From Octopus bimaculoides (lineage: Eukaryota): a stretch of 36,430 bases of DNA. Below the pieces are notes generated by a model. It ran no database searches and had not been told where the DNA came from. It worked only from the letters and a program-made list of their open reading frames with translations. Below are positions 23,150-35,905 of this stretch, piece after piece (the first letter of the stretch is position 1; each line of letters opens with the position of its first letter). The stretch spans positions 28,077,242 to 28,113,671 of the forward strand of contig NC_068994.1 of the NCBI RefSeq assembly GCF_001194135.2. The letters run 5' to 3'. Both the position numbers and the translations under genes were made by a program.

Positions 23150-23355
23150 TAGTTTCAAATTTTGGCACAAGGCCAGTAATTTCGGGGGAGAGGTCTATTA
23201 CATCGACCCCAGTGTTCAACTGGTACTTATTTTATCGACCTCGAAAGAATGAAAGGCAAAGTGAACCTCGGTGGAATTTGAACTCAAAAGGTGAAGGCGG
23301 ACGAAATGCTGCTAAGCAGTTTGCCCGGTGTGCTAACGACTCTGCCACCTCACTG
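23150..23355 (-). mobile_element. SINE, second family (Meta/MESC-like centre)
   Basis: Colinear with 9255-9459 and 25823-26005 (ggcacaagg, atcgaccccag, gaatgaaaggcaaagt, gaatttgaactc, gctaagca). Confidence 0.85.
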
Positions 23356-24388
23356 CAGTTCTTATATCAAGAATGAATGGTTGAACAACTAACATCAAAT
23401 CAACCCCGCAAGAAAGATATTTCGCAGGCAATTTAAGTAGCTGACTCTCAGAATACCGGCAGCATCAGCCATGTCCCCAACAACACCAACACTAACAGCG
23501 CCGCTACTATTACCGCTAATAAATACGAATATCACAAACAACGTTGCATGCAATATCCTTGAGCTTCAGTCTACTCGACCATGTCTAACCTGGAGCTAAA
23601 CGCCAACAGCATCGCTGCCTGCCAGCCATACCAACAGCAGCAGCACCGCCAGTTGCACCAACATTTGCAGTACTACAATTTACATCAACACTAGCAGCAC
23701 TGTCATCTGCAGTACATCAGCACCTGTAGCACTTCCAGCTACACCAACACATTTTCACCCCCATTACCTCAAGCTACACCCACACAAACAACTGCAGCTG
23801 TGAACTCTTTTCCCAATATATTACGGCATTTGAATTGTGGTTGGTTGATATAAATTACAGAAATTAATAGAGCTGAGAAGCATTGCAACGAACACACACA
23901 CATAAACACAAACNNNNNNNNNNNNNNNNNNNNNNNNNNNNNNNNNNNNNNNNNNNNNNNNNNNNNNNNNNNNNNNNNNNNNNNNNNNNNNNNNNNNNNN
24001 NNNNNNNNNNNNNNNNNNNNNNNNNNNNNNNNNNNNNNNNNNNNNNNNNNNNNNNNNNNNNNNNNNNNNNNNNNNNNNNNNNNNNNNNNNNNNNNNNNNN
24101 NNNNNNNNNNNNNNNNNNNNNNNNNNNNNNNNNNNNNNNNNNNNNNNNNNNNNNNNNNNNNNNNNNNNNNNNNNNNNNNNNNNNNNNNNNNNNNNNNNNN
24201 NNNNNNNNNNNNNNNNNNNNNNNNNNNNNNNNNNNNNNNNNNNNNNNNNNNNNNNNNNNNNNNNNNNNNNNNNNNNNNNNNNNNNNNNNNNNNNNNNNNN
24301 NNNNNNNNNNNNNNNNNNNNNNNNNNNNNNNNNNNNNNNNNNNNNNNNNNNNNNNNNNNNNNNNNNNNNNNNNNNNNNNNNNNNNNNN

Positions 24389-24424
<36 letters not shown>

Positions 24425-25822
24425 GAAGAAGTCAAAGCAAAGAGTATAGATACTGACAGAATAGTTTTCGGGTTATTGAGAACTTAAAATCCAATCCCTT
24501 TATCCTTGATCTTGAGCAGGTGCCGCCGGGGTAGAAAATCGAGTATTAGAACGGGCCTCGTTGAACTGGTATAGAAGTAGAAAGGCTAAAAAACAAAAGT
24601 AGGCTTAATACGTATATTTACATGGAATAGGAAATACAGAGTATAGAATAAAAAGTACTAAATAAACGGCAAGAGTTATGTAACAGACTTATCTTGACAC
24701 CTGTTTCAGGTGAACTATGGCTTATGCTGGACCATGGTTCATGTATAATAAAGACTTATGATGTCGTAGGTGTATGGAATAAAGTACATTCTTATACATT
24801 AGTTAAACGAAGCCAAGTCAACCTCGTCGGAAGAATAGGGCAAAAAGCTTATTTCTTGGCAGTCTTACAAATATAAAGATTTGAGATGATAAAGTAGGGG
24901 ATAAGGAAAAACTAGAAAGAACGGGAATAGGAGGAAGGATGGAGTAACTAGAGAGAAATTAGTACAATGAAGATATCAGTTGATGGAAACCAGGAGAAAG
25001 GGAGATTCGGTGTAAAAGACAATATTAGGTATATTAGACAAACAATAAACAATAGCAAGAAAGCAATAAGTAGTAAACCTCAATAGTATAGATAAGTAGA
25101 TTCTAAAGGAAAATGTACACAGATATAGACCAGTAGGGTGAGAGGATGAATTACGTTGGTAACAGAGGGAAAGAGAGAGCAGTGTGAGATAATTACAATC
25201 TGTAAAGAAGGGCTGGCTAGTTCTTACAGAATTAAAATGATTTAAGGAGATGAGAAAAGGTTTTGTAGAACTTATCTACACGTAGAAATTACATAAGAAA
25301 AGCGATTTAGTAGGGAGACTGCATTGTGGTTTAATATAACGATCAACTCACAGAAAAATAGTTTGCATGTTTACAGATTTCCTGTGTAGCGAGTTCCACC
25401 ACAAACTATGGATCAGGACAAGTTATAGAGTATGTCCTCAGCCTTGAGTTGGTTGTGTGGGTATCGATGGAGGTAGATTGCTCTGTGGTGCTTTTAGAGG
25501 AAGAGCTCAGGTTCAAAATCGATCGAACCGCTAATGTAGGCCCTGGCAGAGGGGACCTTGGAGTGATGATTGTACATTTATGCTCAACATCATAGTGCAA
25601 GCAATTGTCAATGAAAGGGAGTTACTAGGCACTCTGTAATCGCATGTTTTCTTATTGCGGGATAAAGGTGGTCCATTACTAACCACATAATGGTTTGTAA
25701 AGCTATTAGTCTTATTTATGAAACAAAGAATGTTAGAGTCACAGATACTAAGATGGGGAGGGCTAGTATATTTACAATGGTGGGAGTCAGGCTTATAGCT
25801 ATTGCAGATAGGTGCACTCAAT

Positions 25823-26003
25823 ATATTCTTTTCTACTCTAGGCACAAACCCCGAAATTTTGGGGGAGGGGCCAGTCGATTAGATCGATCCCAGTACGCAA
25901 CTGGTACTTAATTTATCGACCCCCAAAAGGATGAAAGGCAAAGTCCACCTCGGCAGAATTTGAACTCATAACTTAAAGACAGACGAAATACCGCTAACTC
26001 GCC

Positions 26004-26005
<2 letters not shown>
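25823..26005 (-). mobile_element. SINE, second family, head partly deleted
   Basis: Colinear with the two other copies. It ends against (TA)n at about 26007-26060. Confidence 0.85.
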
Positions 26006-26063
<58 letters not shown>

Positions 26064-26222
26064 AAGATTATTTCCCAAGATAATGTGGCAGTCCTGGTAA
26101 GGACGATTGTTACTGTTATTTAACCCCAGGAAACATCGTTTCCAGCTGACTATACGACACACTATCTGCGTCCTTATATTTTCGAACAAGGAAGTTTAGC
26201 ATCTCCGCTCAGCTCAAAAAGG

Positions 26223-27575
<1,353 letters not shown>

Positions 27576-28659
27576 AAAAATCTCTACGCACGTAACAGAA
27601 AATATTTCTTATGTTAAGAATTTCCAACAAAGAACAAAATAAATATGAAAAACAAAATCTATGCTCAGAAACTTAAAAATTCGATATGATTAAGAGAGGG
27701 GAGGATGCTCGAAAATAGAAACATTGCAATTCATATAAAAATTATACTTGTAAATTTACATTTCAACATATCCTACAGTATCTATTTCTCTGTGTTCAAC
27801 CCTGATTTTGTCCATCATATTTAATTATAACTACAAGGAATTTGCATATTCTTTTCATATTCATTCGGTTTTGGGTCGGAAATTATGCAAGAAGTATTTT
27901 GCATTATATCGATAAGAAATAACATTTTAGACTTTTTAAAGTATTAGCTCTTTTCCAAATGAAAGAATATATGCATTGAACCGCTTGTTTATATGTTAAT
28001 GCTGTGCTTTTGGAGATATTAGAAGTGTAGACACATCATAGATTTGGAAATACAAGGAAAGACGAGGAGGAAAGGCATAAAGAGAGAGAGAGATGCTACT
28101 GAGAATCATCATAAACCATATTATGCTCATAGTCAATATCATGATCATCATCATCATCATCACTTTCATCATCCTCTACTTCATCATCATCATCATCGTC
28201 ATCAACATGAACATCATCATCATCATCATGAAGTTATATATGAGAAAAACAAATAAAATAAGGAAAATGAATAAAAGAAAAGGTAAGAAGAGAAAAGTTA
28301 ACACGTTAACAAAACTCATACATAGAATCAGCAGAACAACAGCAACAACAACGACAACATCAACATCTAATGCTGATAACAGAAGTGTAAATAAATGCAA
28401 CATATTTTCGTTGGGTCATTAAGGTAGACGACATTGTCTATTTATAGTTTTTTCACATGTGTTTTCAGTTTTTCTTTCAGCTTTCATAAATCTACCAAAT
28501 CTGTAATGGCTGACAAAAAAAGACAAATGTGATACGATCTACAATGAAATTTAGCGTGATTAACAATATTGTGTTGAAGGAAGCATTCGGAATCTTGCAT
28601 TCTTTTCTTAATGAAGAGGGGTGAAATTTTCGTTTTTTTTTCCCTCACAGACGCACATA

Positions 28660-28673
28660 GACCTGTGTGTGTA

Positions 28674-28714
<41 letters not shown>

Positions 28715-28762
28715 GTGTGTGTGTGCGCGTGTATGTGTGTGCATGTGTGTCTGCATGTATGT

Positions 28763-28796
<34 letters not shown>

Positions 28797-28891
28797 CACA
28801 TATGTGTACATACACACATAAAACGTGGTTAAGCAGGCAGAAGGTTGAGATTGTTGCATAGACAGACAGACAGATACATAGATAGATGGTC

Positions 28892-28971
<80 letters not shown>

Positions 28972-29090
28972 GGTTAGAAAGATAGATACATACATACATA
29001 CATACATACATACATACACACACACACATATACATACACACACACACATACAAACGCATACATACATACACACANNNNNNNNNNNNNNNN

Positions 29091-29166
<76 letters not shown>

Positions 29167-29268
29167 GGTTAGAAAGATAGATACATACATACATACATAC
29201 ATACATACATACACACACACACATATACATACACACACACACATACAAACGCATACATACATACACAC
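28660..29268. repeat. Compound (TG)n/(GATA)n/(TACA)n tract, duplicated on both sides of a 16-N gap
   Basis: The block (GATA)n-GATGGTTAGAAAGATA-(TACA)n-...CAAACGCATAC occurs before 29074 and again after 29091. Confidence 0.9.
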
Positions 29269-29539
29269 ATGATGGCGTTGGCAGACTTACAGGTGTAGAG
29301 AAACATTTAAAGATGTGTCTATTAATGACTTTCTTTCCACTTATGCTTACCTAATTTGGCCTAGATCCGTAACGAGTTTGTTTTCTGTTGCAAATGTGAG
29401 GGAAATACTTTTTACTCAAAAATTAAACACTATTCAGACAAAATTATATAAAATACTTCGCAGGAAGTGGACTTTTGCTTTAATTATTATGACTAACACT
29501 GATAACAACAACACCAACACCGACACCAACAGCCTCAGC

Positions 29540-29641
29540 AACACCAACAGTACTAACAACACCAACAGTACTAACAACACCAACAGTACTAACAACACCA
29601 ACAGTACTAACAACACCAACAGTACTAACAACACCAACAGT
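29540..29641. repeat. 18-bp tandem repeat (AACACCAACAGTACTAAC x5.7)
   Basis: Perfect units start at 29540, 29558, 29576, 29594 and 29612, with a partial unit at 29630. Confidence 0.95.
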
Positions 29642-30699
29642 ATTACTAATCTGCGAGATATCTAAGATAGCATAAATTTGTGAGCTGACTAAGAAAGCGT
29701 AAGTAATCTATTTACTTCACTTTATTTTTACAGTTATATCCGGATCTATCAGAAAGCTCATGAAATTTCTTGTCAGTTATATGATGCAGTGAAAGAAATA
29801 CTAAGGCGAAGTCCATCTAAACTTAGACCCTTTCAAAGCTAGACAACTTCGATAACTGGCGTCTTTCTTTGTTCAAAAAATGGCTGACACAGATCGCAAA
29901 TGAAATTGCAATTGCAACTTGAGTAATGCTGGTTGAATACACCCTGAGCCAGCCAAAAGCTACCATAAGAGTGACCGATAAAAATATAACCACACCACCG
30001 ATTTTGTCTCCATTCTCATCACCACCACTAAACTTTCATATAGCTCTGTATGAAATAGATCTGAGATAAATGACTACAGAATATGTGCAGATTTTAAATA
30101 ATTTAAAACGGCAATTTCAGAAGTCCCCCACACACATACACGCACAGTTTTTCTAACAGAGCATTTTTGTCGTGAGTAGGAAGAAAATACGTGAAAAGTT
30201 TTAACTATATTTCTGGAGATTATGAAAATATGTGATAACGTGATACCGTGTTGAAGAGTTAATGCTTTTATCAATCTGGAAATAACATCCAGGAGGTGTA
30301 CGTGATGATGAAATAATTCAACGTAAGTAATCCAGGGCAATTAGATGACTTTAAGAAAACATCAACAACCTGCACTGCATAATCGAATATTTGGCTGTCA
30401 TCATACTGTTTAAAGTGAAGTAACATGAATAATGAGGTTACAGTAAACCAACATCATATAAAAATTAAACTAAAAAGTACAGTGAAGAATTCTAATAACT
30501 TCGAAGTATAGACTCAAGGCTCCCAAGATGTAAACCGGTGAATGAAGAAAAATAATATTAACGGGAAAAACTCTTCTCGAGATCTCACATAATTTTATTC
30601 TAAGATCTGGAATAAAAAAAAAAGGGATCTCCACCATTCTCTATCGTAGCTGAAAACCGAAAACTGACACTATCATTTCTGAAATTTTCACTCAAGCTG

Positions 30700-31400
30700 G
30701 GTGTAGTCTACATAATGGAAAGATACGCGGAAGAGCCACTGAGGTGAATATTTAAATGAATTATAAAAGGTCAAATTGACATATCAAACTAGCTTTCCAT
30801 AACAGTTAAATCTAGTGAAATATGGGAACGTGACGGAAACTGTTGGCTCTATCGTTTGCTTGAATATTATCTACATAAGTAGTCTCAGCCAATTCCTCCA
30901 ACATCATAGCCAGTTCAACAAGGTAGTGACTATTGAGAAAATAGGTGGTAAGAAGGGAGGAGCAGCATGTGCCAAGCAATTTAAATTGACAAAAAAAAAT
31001 GTTGTTGGGCATTAAAAACATAAATGTACGAACCTTGTAACAGCGCGATTTGATTATAAAAAGGTGTTTGATTCTATTCCCCACGCGTGGTTGCTGGAAA
31101 TTCTGCATTAGTATTTGCTGCTTTAAATGTAGATAGCTCAGAAAAAAACTCAGAAATACCTGATCAACCATTTTCATCTTTGTAAATGAAAGCGCGATAA
31201 TTCTATCTATCGCTTTGATTCTCTTAAAAGAAATATTCCAAGAAGACAATCTTCCTGTAGCACTAGTTCCTTTTGCATAGAATCCACTGTCACTTTCTCC
31301 AAAAAATGCAATAGTTCTATGCTCATCTCTACAAATCCATAATTTCATTATTGACGATCTGAAGGTCTTGTCTCGAAACATAATATTCAATGTTGCAAGT
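30700..31400 (+). mobile_element. Decayed R4/Dong-clade-like non-LTR reverse transcriptase core
   Basis: Plus-strand remnants in order: SIVCLNIIY, GGKKGGAACAKQ, DYKKVFDSIPHAWLLEIL, IFQEDNL...NPLSL and IDDLKV. They parallel RPITCL..IYK, QKG..KG..GCK.QL, WIDYKKAFDS.PH.W, IFQGDSLSP and YMDDLK. Confidence 0.75.
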
Positions 31401-32199
31401 TATTACTTGATCAAAAGATGAGTGGAATTAGCTCTGAAGAAATTATTCATACGAAAGAGAATTGCTTCCAAAAACAACCCTTTACATCAAGACATCAAGC
31501 ACCCTCTTTGAAGTTTTCTGCCAGTTTATGTATTTACACATGTACACACACATCCATACATCTTTGCATATACATATAAATATATATATATAAAGTTAGT
31601 GGAGTTAGGGGTTGGAATAACTGTCTGAGGGATAAAAATATCCGTCTTACAACCGGTATAATTACCTATGTTAACCCTGGACATACATATGCAAGCATAT
31701 TATGCTCATAAGTTACAGTAAATGACAAAGATAAATATGAGTTTATCAGAAATCAAATTTAAAGTAAACAGAAAATGGAGAAATATTGATCAACAACAAT
31801 TGACTAACATCAGTTATTACTTTTTAATAGTTTATAGTAACAGAGCTGTCTAAGTTGCTTGCTAACCAACTTTATTTTCTAGTCATTTAATTTCAGCTGT
31901 TTGCTTACATCTACTTCACTAGCTGTCAATGTGTTTATCAATCTAACAATACAAAGTTCGAATGACTAACTGAAAACAAATACATCCATGACTATTTTTC
32001 CAAGTTATTTCACTTTCATTAAAAAATCTATCTTTCTATCTATGATAAGTTTATTATTATGTCTAATGTAAGGCCTCATTCTACAATCGATGTATTTGTC
32101 AATGTGGATAGATAAACAAATAGATCAACAAATAGAAGATATAATAAATTGAATATTAAAATGTTTAAAATTTCCCCCGCTAGACAATTTATGTTTCTC

Positions 32200-32646
32200 T
32201 CTCTCTATCTCTCCCCCTCTCTCTCTCCTTCTATCCTTTTCTCTCTACCTTTTTCTTTAAGAAACTTTTTAACTATATCATACCCCTTTTTTACGTCGTT
32301 ATTATTTTTCTCTTTGTCTTTCTCTCCACTTCTGACTTCCACTAACCACGTGACCGCGTAATGCATCGACTGGCAATAACATCAATACTCTCTCTCTTTC
32401 TATACTTCTCACTCTCAATATAACAGCCTCTCTCTCTTTGTTTCTCCCTTCAACTAACCACCTGACCGCGTATTAGAATAATAACTATTATTTCCCCCTA
32501 CCTCACTTATCTCTCCCTCTTTTTCACTCTCCCACTTTTCTGTCTCCCTTTTTTTCTCTCCCTCTTTTTCTCTCCCTCTTCACCTTTTCCTTCAACTAAT
32601 CACATGACAATTTAACGCATTTGCCCTTAGCATATTAATATATAGA
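32200..32646 (-). mobile_element. Helitron 5' end fragment related to the 532-2090 element
   Basis: Minus strand starts TCTATATATTAAT at 32646. It has the same architecture as 1750-2040: CT-rich tracts alternating with repeated (c)AACTAA(c/t)CACNTGA motifs. No 3' end was found. Confidence 0.6.
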
Positions 32647-32690
32647 CTAGCTGTACTCATGGAAAGTCCACGGTAAATACGAAATGTTTT
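32647..32690 (-). mobile_element. Helitron 3' terminus (hairpin plus CTAG)
   Basis: Minus strand: CGTGGA-CTT-TCCATG hairpin (32658-32672), 7 nt, then CTAG (32650-32647). Confidence 0.6.
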
Positions 32691-32701
32691 AGATTGCTGA
32701 A

Positions 32702-32740
<39 letters not shown>

Positions 32741-33269
32741 CATTATTTTCATAAAGAAGCATGACTTTCCCATTCTCTCGGCACTACTGTTGTAACTTTC
32801 AACCATATTTTTAGTTTGTTTTTTGTTTTGTTTTTTTGTTTTTTTGGCATTCCCTCTCATTTTCATTTTGTATTCCATCGTGAACACAATCTCTTATCTG
32901 TTGTAAATACCTACTCTATTCTCTTTTCCATTCTACGTTGGTGCTTCCGTGCTTGTTCTTGTGATTCGACTCTCTGCTTCTCTTTATGTTGTTGTCTATG
33001 CCTTCTCATTCTTTCTCTTGTTAGCTTACATTATCTGTTATCCATATTTTATGAAGAAATATCACTTATCAAGCGAGCATATGATAAATAATTGCACTTA
33101 TGTACATGCGTTAAGTGACAGGCAATATAAAAATTTAGTTCAATAAAAAGAAATACACTCTCACTTTCCACTCTCTACCGCTATTTTCACCACCACCACC
33201 ACTACGACCATCACTAACCTGAAACGTTCTCTGTGAGACAAGCCCGTTGTAGTTCAGGCTTCCGCCGCT

Positions 33270-33760
33270 AGACGTCACTTGATAAGACGCTCAGGCATCA
33301 GTCTGCCGACCGGTGTCGTCGTCTTTTGTAGTAGTCACCTGGTGCGTCTTTGTTTTGCAGTGTTTCTCCCCTGTTCGTCGATTTTTGCGATGGTTGAAAC
33401 GAAGGCGTGCTACAATGAAATGCTGTTTTCTGTTGGAGAAAACGGCGGCCGAAACAGTTGTCATGCTTCAAACAGCTTACAAGGACGTCGCCATGAGAAA
33501 AGTTTACGAGTAGTTTCCACGCTTTAGGAATGGTCACTTGTCGCTTGAAGACCAACCTCGTTCAGGATGACCGTCGACCTCCCGATCGAATGGAAACATC
33601 ACGGAAAATCATGAAGTGATCTTGGAGAACTGTTACCGAAGATCAAAAGCGGTCATGACTGAATGCGTGAAATGAACTGAAACACTAATTAGAAGTTGAT
33701 TCGGACCTTGTTTTGAAGGTCATCACTGGTGATGAAAGCTGGTGCTACAGAATTTGCAGA
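33270..33760 (+). mobile_element. Mariner transposase 5' part, decayed and internally deleted
   Basis: MKCCFLLEKTAAETVVMLQTAYKDVAM.KVYE*F.RFRNGHLSLEDQPRSG*PSTS, then KVITGDESWCY (33716-33748, first catalytic Asp). It is cut by a gap. Confidence 0.88.
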
Positions 33761-33770
33761 NNNNNNNNNN

Positions 33771-33940
33771 ATCTTTTCCAAAGCACCACAAGTATTACTC
33801 AGTTTGTAATAAATCTTCGATAAAATTCTCCTATTCTGCAATACCTACTCTAGGATCTATTATAGTTTCCATAAATAGAAATAAAATAAAACGTCAATCG
33901 AATAAGGAATCCAACACTAATAACGTATACTATAAATAAT
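33771..33940 (+). mobile_element. Third Penelope-like fragment (RT-EN linker)
   Basis: FPKHHKYYSVCNKSSIKFSYSAIPTLGSIIVSINRNKI matches the FP..HK...IFN...K.SYS..PN..SII..HN motif. Confidence 0.7.
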
Positions 33941-34403
33941 ATATNNNNNNNNNNNNNNNNNNNNNNNNNNNNNNNNNNNNNNNNNNNNNNNNNNNNNNNN
34001 NNNNNNNNNNNNNNNNNNNNNNNNNNNNNNNNNNNNNNNNNNNNTCTCTTACTCCTCCTCCCTGTCTCTCGTCGCTCACCTTTGTTCCACTTCCGCCCTT
34101 TTCCTCTCTCTACCACTCTTCGTTGATCACATGTGACCTGTAGTCACCTCTTCCTTTCTCCCTTCAGCCAGCATAAAGGCAAGACGAAACTACTGTCTCT
34201 CTCCTTTCAGCTTCATCACATCACAGCGTTCAATATCTCATCGCGTTCGGCCCTAAGGCCTTTAATGTTGTTTTCACTGTTTAATTTTTCCTGTCTTGGT
34301 TTTTGTTTGCTACCTTGGTTTAGCAGGTTAATCCACTATTCGGGAAGAGCTATTCTAAGAGCGCGTTCTGCCTCATCTTCGAAACGCCTAGTTTAGAATA
34401 GAG

Positions 34404-34727
34404 GCAGCTGATGAAGGAAAAGCTTGTCTGTTTTCCTATGTGTTCATTCTGTTGTAAAAAAAAGTCCTTTTTTGTACTTTATGTTACCGTTCCTTTTTGA
34501 CGTCCTGTACCCGGATATGCATCTGTATATACATGTAGATGTAGGTATGTACATATATGTATGTATACATACATATATGTACATACCTACATCTACATGT
34601 ATATACAGATGCATATCCGGGTACAGGACGTCAAAAAGGAACGGTAACATAAAGTACAAAAAAGGACTTTTTTTTACAACAGAATGAACACATAGGAAAA
34701 CAGACAAGCTTTTCCTTCATCAGCTGC
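34404..34727. repeat. Perfect 324-bp spacer-less palindrome ending at a 10-N gap
   Basis: Centre at 34565|34566. The ORF track gives identical 87-aa translations on both strands, and the right arm ends exactly at the contig end. Confidence 0.97.
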
Positions 34728-34737
34728 NNNNNNNNNN

Positions 34738-34774
<37 letters not shown>

Positions 34775-34857
34775 TGCAAATTTTAGAGACAATACTTGAT
34801 AATTGTAAGCACTTGTATATGCCAAATGGTGGCCGAGGTGAAAGAATATATTAAAAC

Positions 34858-34866
34858 GTACATACA

Positions 34867-34897
<31 letters not shown>

Positions 34898-35010
34898 GTA
34901 TGTATGTAAATATATATGCATGTATGTATGTATGTATGTATGTATGTATGTATGTACGTAAATATATATGCATGTATGTATGTATGTATGTATGTATGTA
35001 TGTATGTATG
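34858..35010. repeat. (TACA)n/(TGTA)n compound microsatellite
   Basis: Direct inspection. Confidence 0.95.
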
Positions 35011-35059
35011 CCAGTTTGATTGCTTGGCCGTTGCTCGCAAGCGAATATGACATGGTAGC

Positions 35060-35110
35060 TTGTACCACCCTTTCGCCCAAGGTGCTGTGAGTGGAACTAA
35101 ACCCAAAGTA
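35060..35110 (-). mobile_element. Small SINE head fragment
   Basis: gcccaaggtgctgtgagtggaactaaaccc matches gcccaaggtgccacgcagtgggactgaaccc. Confidence 0.5.
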
Positions 35111-35237
35111 GGGATCATTGACTGCATATTTAAGAAATATATGGGTGGATTTGGTTATTGCCAAATGTTTCAGCATCAAAATTAGCATACAGTAGGCTTA
35201 AATACGTTGATTAGGAAAATTGTTCACATCAGTTAAC

Positions 35238-35355
35238 ATTTATTGCCATATCAGGTTGAAAACACCGATTATGGTCCGATCACCGAAATTAAGTAACAGC
35301 GAGCCTAGTTAGTACTTAGGTGGATGACTAACTGGGAAACCTAGACACTGTCAGC
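35238..35355 (+). pseudogene. 5S rRNA pseudogene or 5S-derived (SINE3-type) head
   Basis: ccatatcaggttgaaaacaccgattatggtccgatcaccgaaattaagtaacagcgagcctagttagtacttaggtggatgactaactgggaa is colinear with animal 5S rRNA (CCATA..A..TTGAAAACACCG.TT.T.GTCCGATCACCGAA.TTAAGC...GTTAGTACTTGGATGGGTGAC...TGGGAA). Boxes A and C carry substitutions and the termini are diverged. Confidence 0.85.
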
Positions 35356-35712
35356 AAAATGTTGCTTTGTGGTTAAGAAGTTTCCTTTGCAACCTCGTGG
35401 TTTCAGCTTCAGTCTCACTGCGCGGCTCTTTTGGCGCATTCTATTGTAACCGCGGACCGATCAATGCCTTGAGTGATTCGGTAGTGAGATGGAAACGGTG
35501 TGTAAACCTGTCGTATATGCGCGCGCGCGCGTGTGTGTGTTACCCACCAACGCTTGATGTCTCTGTAATATAAGCGGTTCGGCAAAAAATGTCGATGAAA
35601 TAAGTATCAGACTTTAAAATAAGAACAGGGGTCGATCTGTTCGACGAAGCCTTTCATGGTGATGCTCCAGCATAGCTGCAATCCAATGACTGAATCAAAT
35701 AAAAGAGAAAGA
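35356..35712 (+). mobile_element. Full-length but diverged tRNA/CORE-type SINE (family of 6783-7196)
   Basis: gctttgtggttaagaag, cttcagtctcactgcgcggc, gatggaaac, gcggttcggcaaaa, ggggtcgat, gctccagcatagctgca and atgactgaatcaaataaaagag. All segments are colinear with the reverse complement of 6783-7196. Confidence 0.85.
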
Positions 35713-35789
35713 TGAACGATAAAAAATGTTCCAATGCGAGGAGACAATTCTGTATATCCCTGTAAATGTGCTTCCCCGCAGTTAATGTT

Positions 35790-35905
35790 CACTGAATTCC
35801 ACTCAGCCCGTGGTAGAAGACATTAACCCAAGTCGGTGTGCAGTGTGACCGAATCCAGAAACACATAATTGCGAAACAAGCTTCTTACTTATACAGCCAT
35901 GCCTG
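35790..35905 (-). mobile_element. Diverged SINE head
   Basis: gtagaagacattaacccaag, gcagtgtgaccgaatcc, gcaagcttctta-like segment and acagccatgcctg. Confidence 0.65.

Noticed and set aside
23460-23810. CAG/CAA-rich stretch resembling a Gln/Ala-rich exon or gag leader
   Set aside because: Stops occur in all frames, there is no motif and no convincing splice pair, so it is treated as low-complexity DNA.
30812-31390. 192-aa minus-strand ORF with hydrophobic, GPCR-like stretches (CSSLLTTYFLNSHYLVELAMMLE)
   Set aside because: It is antisense to ordered RT motifs on the + strand (DYKKVFDSIPH, IFQED, IDDLK), so it is a shadow ORF.
32170-32185. CCCGCTAG and nearby ACTAGCTGT (31918) as further Helitron 3' ends
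   Set aside because: Neither has a subterminal hairpin, and the first is not followed by T.
34160-34200. GAAAC-TACT-GTC, resembling hammerhead stem III
   Set aside because: No recognisable CTGANGA upstream, so it is too decayed to call.
34340-34520. CGAAAC (34380) and CTGATGA (34408) near hairpins, suggesting a hammerhead
   Set aside because: The order would require a type II fold, but no stem I closes between them, and no GAAA follows the GGAAAA/TTTTCC stem.
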